A stretch of DNA of 64,000 nt from Planctomycetaceae bacterium (GCA_012719125.1 JAAYAY010000013.1:1-64000), one strand, 5' to 3'. Shown: positions 1 through 9,741, counted from the first letter of the stretch. The notes: generated by a model from the letters alone, not told the origin. Numbers and translations are program-made.

Positions 1-2
1 TC

Positions 3-221
3 GAAAGCACACCGGGGGTCTGTGGGGGCGAGCCTTGCATCGTACGGACCAGGGTTCCCGTCTGGATTCTGGAGCAGATGCGGCGGCAGGGGGTCAACGA
101 GGCGGAGATTCTGCGAAGCTATCCCACCCTGCGGGCGGAAGATTTGGTGGCGGCCTGGGCGTTCGTCCGTGGCCACCGCGAGGATATCGATCGGCAGATT
201 CGCGAGAATGAGGAGGCCTGA
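3..221 (+). CDS. DUF433 domain protein, 5' partial (antitoxin-like partner of the DUF5615 protein)
   Basis: The ORF runs in from the left edge, so it has no M start in the track. C-terminus reads '...LEQMRRQGVNEAEILRSYPTLRAEDLVAAWAFVRGHREDIDRQIRENEEA*', typical of the DUF433 C-terminal region. Stop at 219-221, 3 nt before the GTG of the next gene. Confidence 0.55.
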   Translation, partial: ESTPGVCGGEPCIVRTRVPVWILEQMRRQGVNEAEILRSYPTLRAEDLVAAWAFVRGHREDIDRQIRENEEA

Positions 222-224
222 TCG

Positions 225-566
225 GTGGCGAGACTGTATGCCAACGAGAACTTCCCACTGCCCGTGGTGGAAGGATTGCGGCAGTTTGGCCACGATGTGA
301 TCACGATTCAGGAAACCGGCAAGGCCGAGCAACGAACGTCCGATGACGACGTACTTCAGTTCACCATGGCAGACGACCGCGCCGTATTGACCCTGAACCG
401 CAAGCATTTCATCCGTCTTCATCAAGAGCAGCCCGGTCATGCGGGGATCATCGTGTGCATCGTCGACCCGGACTTCGCGGGCCAAGCGGCCCGTATTCAC
501 GCGGCCGTCGAAACGGCTGCCGACCTTCAGGGTCAGCTCATTCGTGTCAATCGCCCCTCGATGTAG
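225..566 (+). CDS. DUF5615 (Mut7-C/PIN-like) domain protein, putative toxin partner of the DUF433 protein
   Basis: 113 aa with a GTG start 3 nt after the upstream stop. 'MARLYANENFPLPVVEGLRQFGHDVITIQETG' is the DUF5615 N-terminus; gene pairing with DUF433 is the common arrangement. Confidence 0.6.
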   Translation: MARLYANENFPLPVVEGLRQFGHDVITIQETGKAEQRTSDDDVLQFTMADDRAVLTLNRKHFIRLHQEQPGHAGIIVCIVDPDFAGQAARIHAAVETAADLQGQLIRVNRPSM

Positions 567-739
567 TACGCCTTCGGCGTACAGGTTGCGGGAAGAGAAC
601 AACACAGAGGCACAGGGGGCACGGAGAAAGAGGAGAGGAAAGGGTGGGGGCAACCGAAAAGCGGCGACGAGTCGCACGCACTCCAAATGATGTAGTACGT
701 CTTCGGCGTAGAGATTGGCGGGGGATGGGTAACGGAGGA

Positions 740-2161
740 TCAATGCTCCCGTGCCGTGCGGGCGGGGAGGAATCCTTTGAGGGCGGCTGCGTCGGACATG
801 CCGCGGATCTTGGCGAGGGCTGCTTGCTCGACCTGGCGGACGCGCTCGCGGGTGACGCCGAGGAAGGCGCCCACTTCTTTGAGGGTCTGGCTTTCGCGGA
901 TTCCGAGGCCGAACCGACGCCGGATGACCTCGCGTTCCTGCGTGTTGAGGTGGCTCATGATCCGGCCGATGTGCGTCTGGAGGATTTGGTGGTCCATCTG
1001 CGCTTCGAGATCGTCGGACGACTCGCAGGGGAGAATCCGGGAGAATTCGCCTTCGTCGTTCATGTCGGGATGGTTCAGCGACAAGGTCGGGGCGTCGATG
1101 CGGAGGAGGAGTTCCGTTTCCTTGGGAGCCAGGCCGACGGCGTCGGCGGCCTCTTCGAGGTTCGGCGCGTAGCCGTTGGCGTGGCCGACCGAGTGCAGGG
1201 TTGAGCGGATCCGGCCTGCCTTTTCGGCTTTCTGCGAGGGGACGTGGACGGTCCGCGAGTGTTCGCGAATGGCGCGGCTGATCCCCTGGCGGATCCACCA
1301 GGTGGCGTAGGTCGAGAATTTCAGGCCCCGGGCACTTTCGAACTTGTCGACGGCCTTCAGCAAGCCGCCGTTTCCCTCCTGGATCAGATCGAGGAAGCTC
1401 AGGCCTCGTTCGCGATAGCGTTTGGCGATGGAGATCACCAGCCGGAGGTTGGCGGCCGCCAGGTGGTGCCTCGCCTCGTGGTAGCGTTCCTGCCATTGCC
1501 TGGCTTCGTCCACTCGTCGCCGGAGGGAGCCGGGCGACTCCTGGAGGATCTCGATCAGGCGGCGGCGTCTTCGTTTCAGAGCGATCAGGCGTGGGGAGTT
1601 GCCGCCCGAGGTTCGGGCCGCCTGTTGCTGACGGGCGATCCGTTCGAAGCGGCGCAGGCCCCGGGCGAGCCGCGTCAGGAGGGGTTCCAGGTGTTCCATG
1701 CGGAACTGGATACGTTCCATGACGGCCGCCGCAACTTCGCGGTTGCGGGCCGAGTTCCGGAGGTAATTACGCCGCACCGGGAGCGACGCCCCCGGCGTCG
1801 CCGATCGAGCCAGTTGCGTCCGGCTGCGATTCATGTCGCGTTCGATCTCTTGGACGTTCCTGGTGAGTGCCCGGCGCAACCGGCATTTCTCGGCAACGTC
1901 GTTGAAGGGGACGTCGAGTAGGTGTTCGATCCGCAGCGTGCCCTCCTCGACTCGTTTTAATTGCCTGAGCAGAGACCGCTCGGCGAACCCGCTGTGGAGA
2001 ATCAGCCGGCACAGTTCCGCGCGGGATCGCTCCACGCGACGGGCTGTGGCCAGTTCTTCCTCTCGCGAGAGCATGGGGATCCTGTTGACTTCGGCCAGGT
2101 ATTCCCGAATTGTATCCGAAGGCGCAGCAACCATCGGCGGCCTCCTCTTCCTTTCGGACAA
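740..2161 (-). CDS. RNA polymerase sigma factor, sigma-70 family (RpoD/SigA-like, regions 1.2, 2, 3, 4)
   Basis: Region 1.2 '[25 protein letters not shown]', region 2 '[41 protein letters not shown]', region 4 '[28 protein letters not shown]'. Confidence 0.9.
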   Translation of the reverse strand: MSERKRRPPMVAAPSDTIREYLAEVNRIPMLSREEELATARRVERSRAELCRLILHSGFAERSLLRQLKRVEEGTLRIEHLLDVPFNDVAEKCRLRRALTRNVQEIERDMNRSRTQLARSATPGASLPVRRNYLRNSARNREVAAAVMERIQFRMEHLEPLLTRLARGLRRFERIARQQQAARTSGGNSPRLIALKRRRRRLIEILQESPGSLRRRVDEARQWQERYHEARHHLAAANLRLVISIAKRYRERGLSFLDLIQEGNGGLLKAVDKFESARGLKFSTYATWWIRQGISRAIREHSRTVHVPSQKAEKAGRIRSTLHSVGHANGYAPNLEEAADAVGLAPKETELLLRIDAPTLSLNHPDMNDEGEFSRILPCESSDDLEAQMDHQILQTHIGRIMSHLNTQEREVIRRRFGLGIRESQTLKEVGAFLGVTRERVRQVEQAALAKIRGMSDAAALKGFLPARTAREH

Positions 2162-2245
2162 CTGGTTATCGGAGATGAGATCGTCGGTGAAAAGTGGGAA
2201 TGGCTCGGTTCCGGCGAGCCATTCCCTTGGACAACACTCACTCGC

Positions 2246-3769
2246 TCACTCACTCGCCTTGAGGACGACGAATCGCGATCCCTGTTCCGAGCGGACCAGG
2301 AGCAGGACGCTGCCGTCCTTTGCTTCTTCGACGGCTTTCTTCAGGTCGGCGACCGACTTGACGGGGGACCGGCCCGCCTCGACGATTACCATGCCGCTCT
2401 CCAGGCCGGCACGATCGGCTGGGCTGCCGGAGAGGACGTCACTAATTACTACGCCGTGATCGGCGTTGACGTTCAACTGCTCGGCAATCTCGGGGGTGAG
2501 CGTTTCGACTTCCAGCCCGAGGTTTTCCAGCCGAGACGGATTTGAGCGCTCCAATCTGGTTTCACCCGATTGGGCCGGTTGGTCATTCGACTCGCGGGGG
2601 ACCGCGTGCAGGGTTTGTTGCTTTCCGTCGCGCCAAATCTTCACTTCATGCTTGGCGCCGATCTCGGAGCGTTCGACGATTTCCTGAAGTTCGCGGGGGG
2701 TCGAGACCTTCTGCCCGCCGTACTCGAGGATCACGTCGCCCGCCTTGAGGCCTGCCTTGGCGGCGGGCGTGTTGTCCATGACGTCGCTCACGGCGACGCC
2801 CTCGGGGGCCTTCAAGCCGAACTGGGCGGCCAGTTCATGGGTCATGGGCTGGATCATGACGCCCAATTGGGCACGCTGGACGACGCCGTCTTTCATCAGC
2901 TCTCCGCTTACCCATTTGGCCAGATTCACCGGAATGGCGAACCCGACGCCCTGGTTTCCGCCATTGCTGGAGGAGATGGCTGTGTTGATGCCGACGACCT
3001 CGCCGTCGAGGTTGATCAGGGGGCCGCCGCTATTGCCGGGGTTGATGGCGGCATCGGTCTGGATGAAGGTCGCCCGGGCCGGCATGCCGATTCCGCGTCC
3101 TTTCGCGCTGACGATGCCCGAGGTGAGCGTGCCTTCGAGGCCGAAGGGATGGCCCAGGGCCAGCACCCAGTCGCCGACCTCGAGCAGGTCGCTGTCGCCG
3201 AGCCGGGCCGGTTTGAGGTCTTTGGCGCCCTCGATGCGAAGGATGGCCAGATCGGTATTGGGATCGGTCTGGACGCCGGTGGCTTTGAACTCGCGTCCGT
3301 CGTGCAAGCGGACCGTGATGTCGTTGCGTCCTTCAACCACGTGGTTGTTGGTGAGGATCACTCCGCCGGCGTCGATAATCACGCCCGAGCCGATTCCGCT
3401 ACGACCGCCGTGGGGTGACTGGGGCATCTGGGGCATGTCTTCGAAGAACCGCCTCAGTTCGGGGATGTTTCCGAAGGGCGTTCCTTCGAACGGATTCTCG
3501 GGTGCTTCACCTTTCGGCATCCTGCCGCGATCGTTCCATTGGACGGGCATGACCGGATCGGCCTTGATCAGCACGACCGAGTCCTGAACGTCTTGCGCGG
3601 CGTCGCGGAATGCCTGCGACAGGTTCTTCGCGTAGCTGGCGGCGGCGCTACGGTCGGTCTTCGGGGCGTCGGTGGGCAGTGTGGCGGCGGCCGCCACGGC
3701 GAGCACCAGGGGCACGACCGCCAAGGCCGCCCAGGTCTTCATTGATTTCCAGTACTTCATGTTTCTCAC
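2246..3769 (-). CDS. Periplasmic serine endoprotease DegP/HtrA family, two PDZ domains
   Basis: N-terminal signal peptide; trypsin-like motifs 'GSGVIIDAGGVILTNNHVV' and 'GNSGGPLINLDGEVVGINTAI'; C-terminal PDZ segments. Confidence 0.9.
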   Translation of the reverse strand: MRNMKYWKSMKTWAALAVVPLVLAVAAAATLPTDAPKTDRSAAASYAKNLSQAFRDAAQDVQDSVVLIKADPVMPVQWNDRGRMPKGEAPENPFEGTPFGNIPELRRFFEDMPQMPQSPHGGRSGIGSGVIIDAGGVILTNNHVVEGRNDITVRLHDGREFKATGVQTDPNTDLAILRIEGAKDLKPARLGDSDLLEVGDWVLALGHPFGLEGTLTSGIVSAKGRGIGMPARATFIQTDAAINPGNSGGPLINLDGEVVGINTAISSSNGGNQGVGFAIPVNLAKWVSGELMKDGVVQRAQLGVMIQPMTHELAAQFGLKAPEGVAVSDVMDNTPAAKAGLKAGDVILEYGGQKVSTPRELQEIVERSEIGAKHEVKIWRDGKQQTLHAVPRESNDQPAQSGETRLERSNPSRLENLGLEVETLTPEIAEQLNVNADHGVVISDVLSGSPADRAGLESGMVIVEAGRSPVKSVADLKKAVEEAKDGSVLLLVRSEQGSRFVVLKASE

Positions 3770-3914
3770 GACAGTTCTCCTCTTCTGTTAGTGCACATGA
3801 CCATGTCATGCAGGGCACGGGTTGGCGTCCCTGCTGCCGTTGGCGATAATGCACGTGCCGTGCCAATCCGGGTCGGCGTTTGGCGAGCCGTTTGCATTGC
3901 CAAAGATCGCGGAG

Positions 3915-4335
3915 GAAATGACTGTCGCCTTTCGCTTTGCGAAAGCGGCGATGCTTTCGCGGAGCGAAAGGCGACAATAATTCCGGCCTTCGCGGGAATG
4001 ACGGGCGAAGGAGCGCGGGGCAAGCCCACGGGGCTATTTGGATCGGATTGCGGAGAATTCGGCGGCGCCCGAATTCTCCGGACTAACGCGACGGACGAGC
4101 CAGACGGCAACGGCCGGGCGCGCCCCATAATTCCACGGTGTGGCAGAATGCCGCGCGCGGCATGGAGGCAGGCGGACGAAAGAAATCTACCCGTTAGACG
4201 CACAAATGGGGCTGGACAGTCGATGAGAGTGCGAAACGTCAAGCCGCAGCGAGCATCACCAGCAGTGGTCCATGTCTACGCCTTCTTCCTATCCTAGAGC
4301 GTCTAACGGGTAGATTTCTTTCGTCTGCCTGCCCG
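3915..4335. repeat. Repeat-dense structured intergenic region with nested hairpins and a 35-bp inverted repeat flanking about 99 bp
   Basis: Hairpin 3925-3976 (13-bp arms 'gtcgcctttcgct'/'agcgaaaggcgac' with inner 8-bp IR 'gcgaaagc'/'gctttcgc'). Hairpin 4051-4080 'cggagaattcgg..ccgaattctccg'. 35-bp inverted repeat arms at 4167-4201 and 4301-4335 with 1 mismatch. The 'PAFAGMTGEG' pseudo-ORF is typical of repeat elements. Confidence 0.55.
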
Positions 4336-4351
4336 ACAGGAGGCATGTTCC

Positions 4352-5818
4352 ATGAAACTCGCATTCAAACTCGTTTCGGTCTTCATGGTCTCGACGATCG
4401 TGCTGACTTCGGCGCACGCCTACTTCGTGATCCAGCGGCAATCGCGGGCTTTCGAACAAGAGGCGGAGGCAGACGCGGAGGCGCTTGCCGGATCGCTCGA
4501 GGGCCGAATTCCGCAGGTGTTGCAGCAGGAGGGCCCTGAAGGGCTGGCAAAGCTGGTTCACAACGCAGAGGTCTACTCGGTCACCACCCGCGTCCGCTGG
4601 GTCTGGTTCGACGCCCAGCCTGGTACTCCTCACAGCCCTTCGGTGCCTCCCGAACAACTTCAAGCCTTCGTCGTGGAACGGTTCGTGTCGATTCCCGCGC
4701 AGGGATCGGACGGTTCGCGTCACCTGTTCACCTACTGCCCGATCGCCGTTGATGCCGAACGGAAGGGGGGGCTGGAGGTGACCCATCCGATGACGAAGCT
4801 GGAGCAGGAGAAGCGAGAGGTCATTTGGCAGACGATCCGGCTCATGGTTTCGATGCTGGTGCTGACGGGCGGGGTGGCCGTGGTGCTGGGGGTGCGGATG
4901 ATCGGCCGCCCCTTGAACCGGCTGATCGAGAAGACCCACCGCATCTCCGCCGGAGATCTGAGCGGACCGATCGTTATGCGCACGGGCGATGAGCTGGCCC
5001 AGTTGGGGAACAGTCTTAACGAGATGTGCGACGCTCTCAGTGCGTCGAAACAGAGAGTTCGCGAGGAGACCGAGGCTCGAACGGCCGTCATGACGCAGCT
5101 TCGTCATGCCGATCGGCTGAAGACCGTGGGCCGGCTGGCTTCGGGCATGGCCCACGAGTTGGGGACTCCGCTGAACGTCGTGTCGGGTCGGGCGGGGCTG
5201 ATCGCTTCGGGGAAACTCTCGCCGGACGAGGTTGCGCGGAGTGCCTCGGCGATCCAGGCCGAGGCCAACAAGATGACTGCCATCATTCGCCAGCTTCTCG
5301 ATTTCGCCCGGCGGAATGCGCCCCACCGCGTCGAGGCCGACCTATGGCGGATCGTGGGCGATACGGTCGAACTGCTCGGGCCGCTGGCCCAGAAACAGAA
5401 TGTGGCGGTCCGCCTGCCCGGCGACCGGGAACCGATGACGGCCTTGGTCGATCCGGCCCAATTCCAGCAAGTTCTCACCAATCTGATCGTCAATGGGATC
5501 CAGGCCATGCCCGACGGCGGCGAGGTCAGGATCTCCGTCGAAACCGAGCTCGCTGCTCCTCCGGGCGACTCGGAGGTTGCTGCAAGGGAGTTCATTCGAA
5601 TCGATGTGGAGGATGGAGGGGTGGGTATCGCCGAATCGGATCTCGACCAGCTTTTCGAGCCATTCTTCACGACCAAGGACGTGGGCCAAGGCACCGGGCT
5701 GGGATTGTCGATCGCTTATGGAATCGTGCAAGAGCACGGCGGCTGGATTGCCGTTAGCAGTCAACTCGGCCAAGGGAGCCGCTTCTCCGTCTATCTGCCC
5801 AAGGAGCCCCGAGCGTGA
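4352..5818 (+). CDS. Sensor histidine kinase (TM–HAMP–HisKA–HATPase; NtrB/AtoS-like)
   Basis: N-terminal TM 'LVSVFMVSTIVLTSAHA'; H-box 'LASGMAHELGTPLNVVSGRAGLI'; HATPase G-boxes 'DGGVGI' and 'GQGTGLGLSIAYGIVQEHGG'. Confidence 0.9.
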   Translation: MKLAFKLVSVFMVSTIVLTSAHAYFVIQRQSRAFEQEAEADAEALAGSLEGRIPQVLQQEGPEGLAKLVHNAEVYSVTTRVRWVWFDAQPGTPHSPSVPPEQLQAFVVERFVSIPAQGSDGSRHLFTYCPIAVDAERKGGLEVTHPMTKLEQEKREVIWQTIRLMVSMLVLTGGVAVVLGVRMIGRPLNRLIEKTHRISAGDLSGPIVMRTGDELAQLGNSLNEMCDALSASKQRVREETEARTAVMTQLRHADRLKTVGRLASGMAHELGTPLNVVSGRAGLIASGKLSPDEVARSASAIQAEANKMTAIIRQLLDFARRNAPHRVEADLWRIVGDTVELLGPLAQKQNVAVRLPGDREPMTALVDPAQFQQVLTNLIVNGIQAMPDGGEVRISVETELAAPPGDSEVAAREFIRIDVEDGGVGIAESDLDQLFEPFFTTKDVGQGTGLGLSIAYGIVQEHGGWIAVSSQLGQGSRFSVYLPKEPRA

Positions 5819-7161
5819 GACCTCTCGTGCTGATTGTCGATGACGAACGCAGCATGTGCGAACTGCTGGAAACGGATCTCAAGTTGCGCCAGTTCGACGT
5901 GGTCTGGCACACGTCGGCGGAGGAGGGCATTCGCACGGTGCTCGAACAGCCGGTCGATACCGTGCTGACCGATCTGAAGATGCCGGGAATTGACGGGCTG
6001 GAGTTCTGCCGGCGGATCGTCGAGAACCGGCCCGACATTCCGGTGGTCGTGATGACGGCCTTCGGCAGTCTGGACACGGCCGTGGCCGCGATCCGGGCCG
6101 GGGCCTACGACTTCGTCACCAAACCGGTGGAGATGGACCTGCTTGCACTCACTCTGCAGCGGGCGGTCGATCACCGCGAACTTCAGGAGAAGGTCAAGAT
6201 TCTCAGCCAGGCGGCGGAGCGAGCGACCCGGTTCGAGGAGTTGATCGGAGCCAGCCCGGCCATGCAGAGGCTTTACGATCAGCTTGCCCGAGTGGCGGAC
6301 ACTGAGACGTCGATTCTCATTACCGGCGAGAGCGGGACGGGCAAGGAACTGGTGGCCCGCTCGCTGCATGCCCGGTCGCGGCGGCGGGACCGGCCTTTCG
6401 TGGCTGTCAATTGCGCTGCACTCCCCGACACGTTGCTCGAGAGCGAGCTGTTCGGGCACTCCAAAGGCGCCTTCACCGACGCGCGGAGCGACCGGAAGGG
6501 GCTGTTTGCCCAGGCGGAAGGCGGAACGCTGCTGCTCGACGAGATCGGCGAGATGCCGCTGGCCATGCAGCCGAAACTTCTGCGGGCCCTGGAGGAGGGC
6601 AAGGTGCGCCCGGTGGGCAGCGATCGGGAGTTGTCGTTCGACGTGCGGCTCGTGACGGCCACCAATCGGGACCTGGAGACGGCCGTCGAAGAAGGGCGAT
6701 TTCGCGAGGATCTGTTCTTTCGCATCAACGTCATCCAGCTCGACATGCCGCCGCTGCGGTCGCGAGGGACCGATACGCTGCTTCTGGCCCAGCATTACCT
6801 CGAGTTGTTCGCCGCGCGAGCGGGCAAGGCGGTCGAAGGGCTTTCAGGGGCGGTGGCCGAGAAGCTGCTCAACTACTCGTGGCCGGGGAACGTCCGCGAA
6901 TTGCGAAACGTCGTCGAGCGGGCCGTCGCCCTGACTCGGTTCAACAAGCTGGCGGTCGAGGATTTGCCCGAGAAGGTTCGCGAATACCGCAGTTCGCAGG
7001 TCTTCATCGGGGGCGACGATCCGAGCGAACTGGTGCCGCTTGAAGAGGTGGAACGCCGTTATATCGATCACGTGCTCCGAGCCGTCGACGGCAACAAGAC
7101 GGTTGCGGCACGCATTCTCGGGCTGGACCGGAAGACGCTTTATCGGAAGCTGCAGCACTGA
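5815..7161 (+). CDS. Sigma-54-dependent response regulator (NtrC family: REC–AAA+–Fis HTH)
   Basis: REC 'VLIVDDERSMCELL...DLKMPGIDG'; Walker A 'GESGTGKELVARSLH'; GAFTGA-type loop 'GAFTDA'; C-terminal HTH 'TVAARILGLDRKTLYRKL'. 4-bp overlap with the kinase gene. Confidence 0.92.
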   Translation: MRPLVLIVDDERSMCELLETDLKLRQFDVVWHTSAEEGIRTVLEQPVDTVLTDLKMPGIDGLEFCRRIVENRPDIPVVVMTAFGSLDTAVAAIRAGAYDFVTKPVEMDLLALTLQRAVDHRELQEKVKILSQAAERATRFEELIGASPAMQRLYDQLARVADTETSILITGESGTGKELVARSLHARSRRRDRPFVAVNCAALPDTLLESELFGHSKGAFTDARSDRKGLFAQAEGGTLLLDEIGEMPLAMQPKLLRALEEGKVRPVGSDRELSFDVRLVTATNRDLETAVEEGRFREDLFFRINVIQLDMPPLRSRGTDTLLLAQHYLELFAARAGKAVEGLSGAVAEKLLNYSWPGNVRELRNVVERAVALTRFNKLAVEDLPEKVREYRSSQVFIGGDDPSELVPLEEVERRYIDHVLRAVDGNKTVAARILGLDRKTLYRKLQH

Positions 7162-7166
7162 GGCGC

Positions 7167-7300
7167 GGGTGGCACGCCCAGAGCGGAGCGATGGGCGTGG
7201 ATACTCAGGTCACCACGCCCATCGCTCCGCTCTGGGCGTGCCACCCACGAGTGATGACCAGACCATCCACGCCCATCGCTCAGCTCTGGGCGTGCCACCC
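7167..7300. repeat. Three copies of a REP-like hairpin element (stem CACGCCCA/TGGGCGTG, 11-nt loop); one inverted, two direct
   Basis: Copy A 7167-7200 'gggtggcacgcccagagcggagcgatgggcgtgg'. Copies B (7213-7246) and C (7267-7300) are its reverse complement 'ccacgcccatcgctc[c/a]gctctgggcgtgccaccc'. They sit in the convergent gap between the NtrC-like gene and the MBL gene. Confidence 0.65.
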
Positions 7301-7314
7301 ACGAATAGTCGAGG

Positions 7315-8262
7315 TTAGAACAGCCGAGCCTGCCAGGGGCGGTCGAGGGGCCAGGCGTCGACGCCGCGCCGGCGGAGGCAATCGACGAAGGATTCCGGCC
7401 CGTGGGTGCAATAGACCTTCTTGGCGCCGACCCGTTGGACGGCTTCGAACAGATCGTCGTAATCGGCGTGGTCGGAGAGGGGCAGGGCGTGGTCGACCTT
7501 GAGGCGGTACTTGGCTCGCGGATCCTGGGCCCAGCCTGTCAGGGCAAACCGTACTACCGGGCCTTTTAGATCGACGCTATGGCCGGGCGGCACGACGACC
7601 ACTTCACCCGGTTCGAGTTGGCCCGCCCAGCGGCGATAATTGCCCAGGGGCACGCCAAGCTGTTCGTAGACCTGGCTGATCGGGTAGACCAGGCCGTGTT
7701 GGACGACGGGGAAGCCGGCGCCGGTGAGAATACGAGTGACCTCTTGGGATTTTCCCAAGGCGTAGGCGACGACCATGGGGGCGGCGCCGCCGGCGATCGT
7801 CTTCTCGACCAGTTCGAGGAACTGGGCGACGACCGAATCGCGATCGGGCAGCCGGTATTCGGGCGAGCCGAACGTGCTTTCGAGGACGAAGATGTCGGCG
7901 GGAACCAACTCAGCCGGTTCGGCGGTCAAGGAGGGCCGGAGTTGGAAGTCGCCCGAATAGAGCAGCGACTGGCCCGCGTCTTCGGCCAGCAGCATGGCCG
8001 AGCCGAGGCAATGTCCGGCGGGGTAGGTGGTGAGCCGCACGCCGCCCCAATCGACCGGCTCGCGGTACGGCAGTTCGCGAACGGGTCGTTTCCCCAGCCG
8101 CAGATGGTAGAGGGCCGCCGTAGCGGGCGTGCACAAGGCGTATTGATGGCGCGCCATGTGGTCGGCGTGGGCATGGGAGATGAAGGCCCGAGGCTGTCGC
8201 CGGCGAAAGTCGATCGCCAGGTCGGGTGTGGTCAGTTTGAGCCCGCCGTCCCAATGAAACAC
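7315..8262 (-). CDS. MBL-fold metallo-hydrolase (beta-CASP-like)
   Basis: Metallo-beta-lactamase motif 'ISHAHADHM'; C-terminal 'LSDHADYDDL...YCTHGPE' resembles beta-CASP motifs B/C. Confidence 0.75.
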   Translation of the reverse strand: MFHWDGGLKLTTPDLAIDFRRRQPRAFISHAHADHMARHQYALCTPATAALYHLRLGKRPVRELPYREPVDWGGVRLTTYPAGHCLGSAMLLAEDAGQSLLYSGDFQLRPSLTAEPAELVPADIFVLESTFGSPEYRLPDRDSVVAQFLELVEKTIAGGAAPMVVAYALGKSQEVTRILTGAGFPVVQHGLVYPISQVYEQLGVPLGNYRRWAGQLEPGEVVVVPPGHSVDLKGPVVRFALTGWAQDPRAKYRLKVDHALPLSDHADYDDLFEAVQRVGAKKVYCTHGPESFVDCLRRRGVDAWPLDRPWQARLF

Positions 8263-8264
8263 GT

Positions 8265-8954
8265 TTAGCAGGCCGACGCCGCAGGGGCTTCCTGTGTGGA
8301 CCTGATCATGTCGATCAACGGCATGGTCAACTGGACCAATTCGACCACGGAATTGACTTCCAGCTTGCGCATGAGCCGTGCGCGACGATCTTCGACGGTC
8401 CGGATACTCAGATTCAGTTGAGCGGCGATCTCTTTGTTGAACATCCCTTCCAGGATCAGGGCCAAGACTTCGCGTTCTCCCGGCGCGAGCTTGGATACTC
8501 GCTGCTCACCGTCGGTTCGGCCGACGCGTTCTTTTCGCCGTTTGCGATCCAGATCCAGGGCGTGGCGGACACTTTCCCAGAGTTCCTGTTCACGGAACGG
8601 CTTTTCCAGGAAATTGACGGCCCCGGCCTGCATCGCCCCCACCGCCATCTGCACGTTGGCGTGACCGGTGAGAAAAACGATAGGCAACTGAATACCCCTG
8701 TCGACAAGCGTTCTTTGCAGTTCGAGTCCACTCATGCCCGGCATGGCAACATCCAGGACCAGGCAACCCGGGCGACCATTTTCGTAGGCGTCCAGGAATT
8801 CGGCGGCCGATTCAAACGCCTGAACGTAAGGAAAAATCGCCTCCAAGAGACTCGCAATCAAACGTCGTGACGCAGCATCGTCATCGACCACATAGACCGT
8901 GGATGTCATCTCCTCGGTCATCCGCGCATGTTCGTTTGGCAGCAGCATCGCCAC
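8265..8954 (-). CDS. Response regulator, REC + LuxR/FixJ-type HTH
   Basis: REC 'VYVVDDDAASRRLIASLLE...LDVAMPGMSGLEL'; LuxR HTH 'LAPGEREVLALILEGMFNKEIAAQLNLSIRTVEDRRARLMRKL'. Start could be GTG 8954 or ATG 8948/8921. Confidence 0.85.
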   Translation of the reverse strand: MAMLLPNEHARMTEEMTSTVYVVDDDAASRRLIASLLEAIFPYVQAFESAAEFLDAYENGRPGCLVLDVAMPGMSGLELQRTLVDRGIQLPIVFLTGHANVQMAVGAMQAGAVNFLEKPFREQELWESVRHALDLDRKRRKERVGRTDGEQRVSKLAPGEREVLALILEGMFNKEIAAQLNLSIRTVEDRRARLMRKLEVNSVVELVQLTMPLIDMIRSTQEAPAASAC

Positions 8955-9741
8955 ACTCGTTCATCTGGGAAGAAAAGGTGTCCGATTTCGGGCAATCGTG
9001 ATGATGTGAAAAGGTGGATCCCAGTCGGCCCAAACCACCGCGACCCACAGACGCCGTTGAGCGTGAAAGCCCCATACCACGTGGTACGCACAGACACACC
9101 CGGACAACCTCTGTCCGACAGGTACGCCTCTGTTGCTTCGCTCGCCCCAAAAAGACTCTCTGCATCACGTCGCCATACGCAAAGGATCGCCTGCCCTACC
9201 AACGTGCCCTCGCCTGACTCGGCATCATCCCAGCCAAACGGGGCGGTGGCTCTCCCAAATCCTGATGGAATATAACAGATCGACGCGTCGGACGTAAACA
9301 CCGGCTATGGAAATTACTGCTTCCCTCCCTCTTCGTGCGGTTCCCATCGAGCAGCCGCCCTTCCCTTCGTCAACCGTTTGGAGTAAATTCGCGCAAACCG
9401 ACTCCGGGCGTAGTCTTGTTTCCGTTTTTCCGTGACGAATGCTGCGTGTAAACCATTCACCTCCAACGGGTTGCGGCCGAAACGAACCGAATTGCCGTGG
9501 GCGTGTGGAATCTGGGCTGGGATTTTTCTCCCCCCCTGGTGTGGCACTCACATGGACAGACCAACACAGTTACCTCCCCTATCATGGTGGAACGCCGCAA
9601 TCGCTAGCCGTGGTGTCTCCCGGCACGTTCAGTACCGTTTTTTCTTCTGACTGACAGTTGCCACATCCCTGCCGAAGACGTGAGAGGCAACCGCCAAGCG
9701 AATCGTCCCGCTTCTCCAACACTCTGTCAGAGGTCCAGCCA

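Noticed and set aside
3791-4297. 168-aa ORF containing 'IPAFAGMTGEGARGKPTG'
   Set aside because: This is the translation of a repetitive palindromic DNA element, not a protein. It is annotated as a repeat region instead.
9658-9741. ATG at 9658 as start of the UDP-xylose synthase gene
   Set aside because: It would add 28 low-complexity R/P/S-rich residues upstream of the Rossmann fold. The GTG at 9742 with an upstream 'gagg' gives a canonical 324-aa enzyme. The call remains uncertain.
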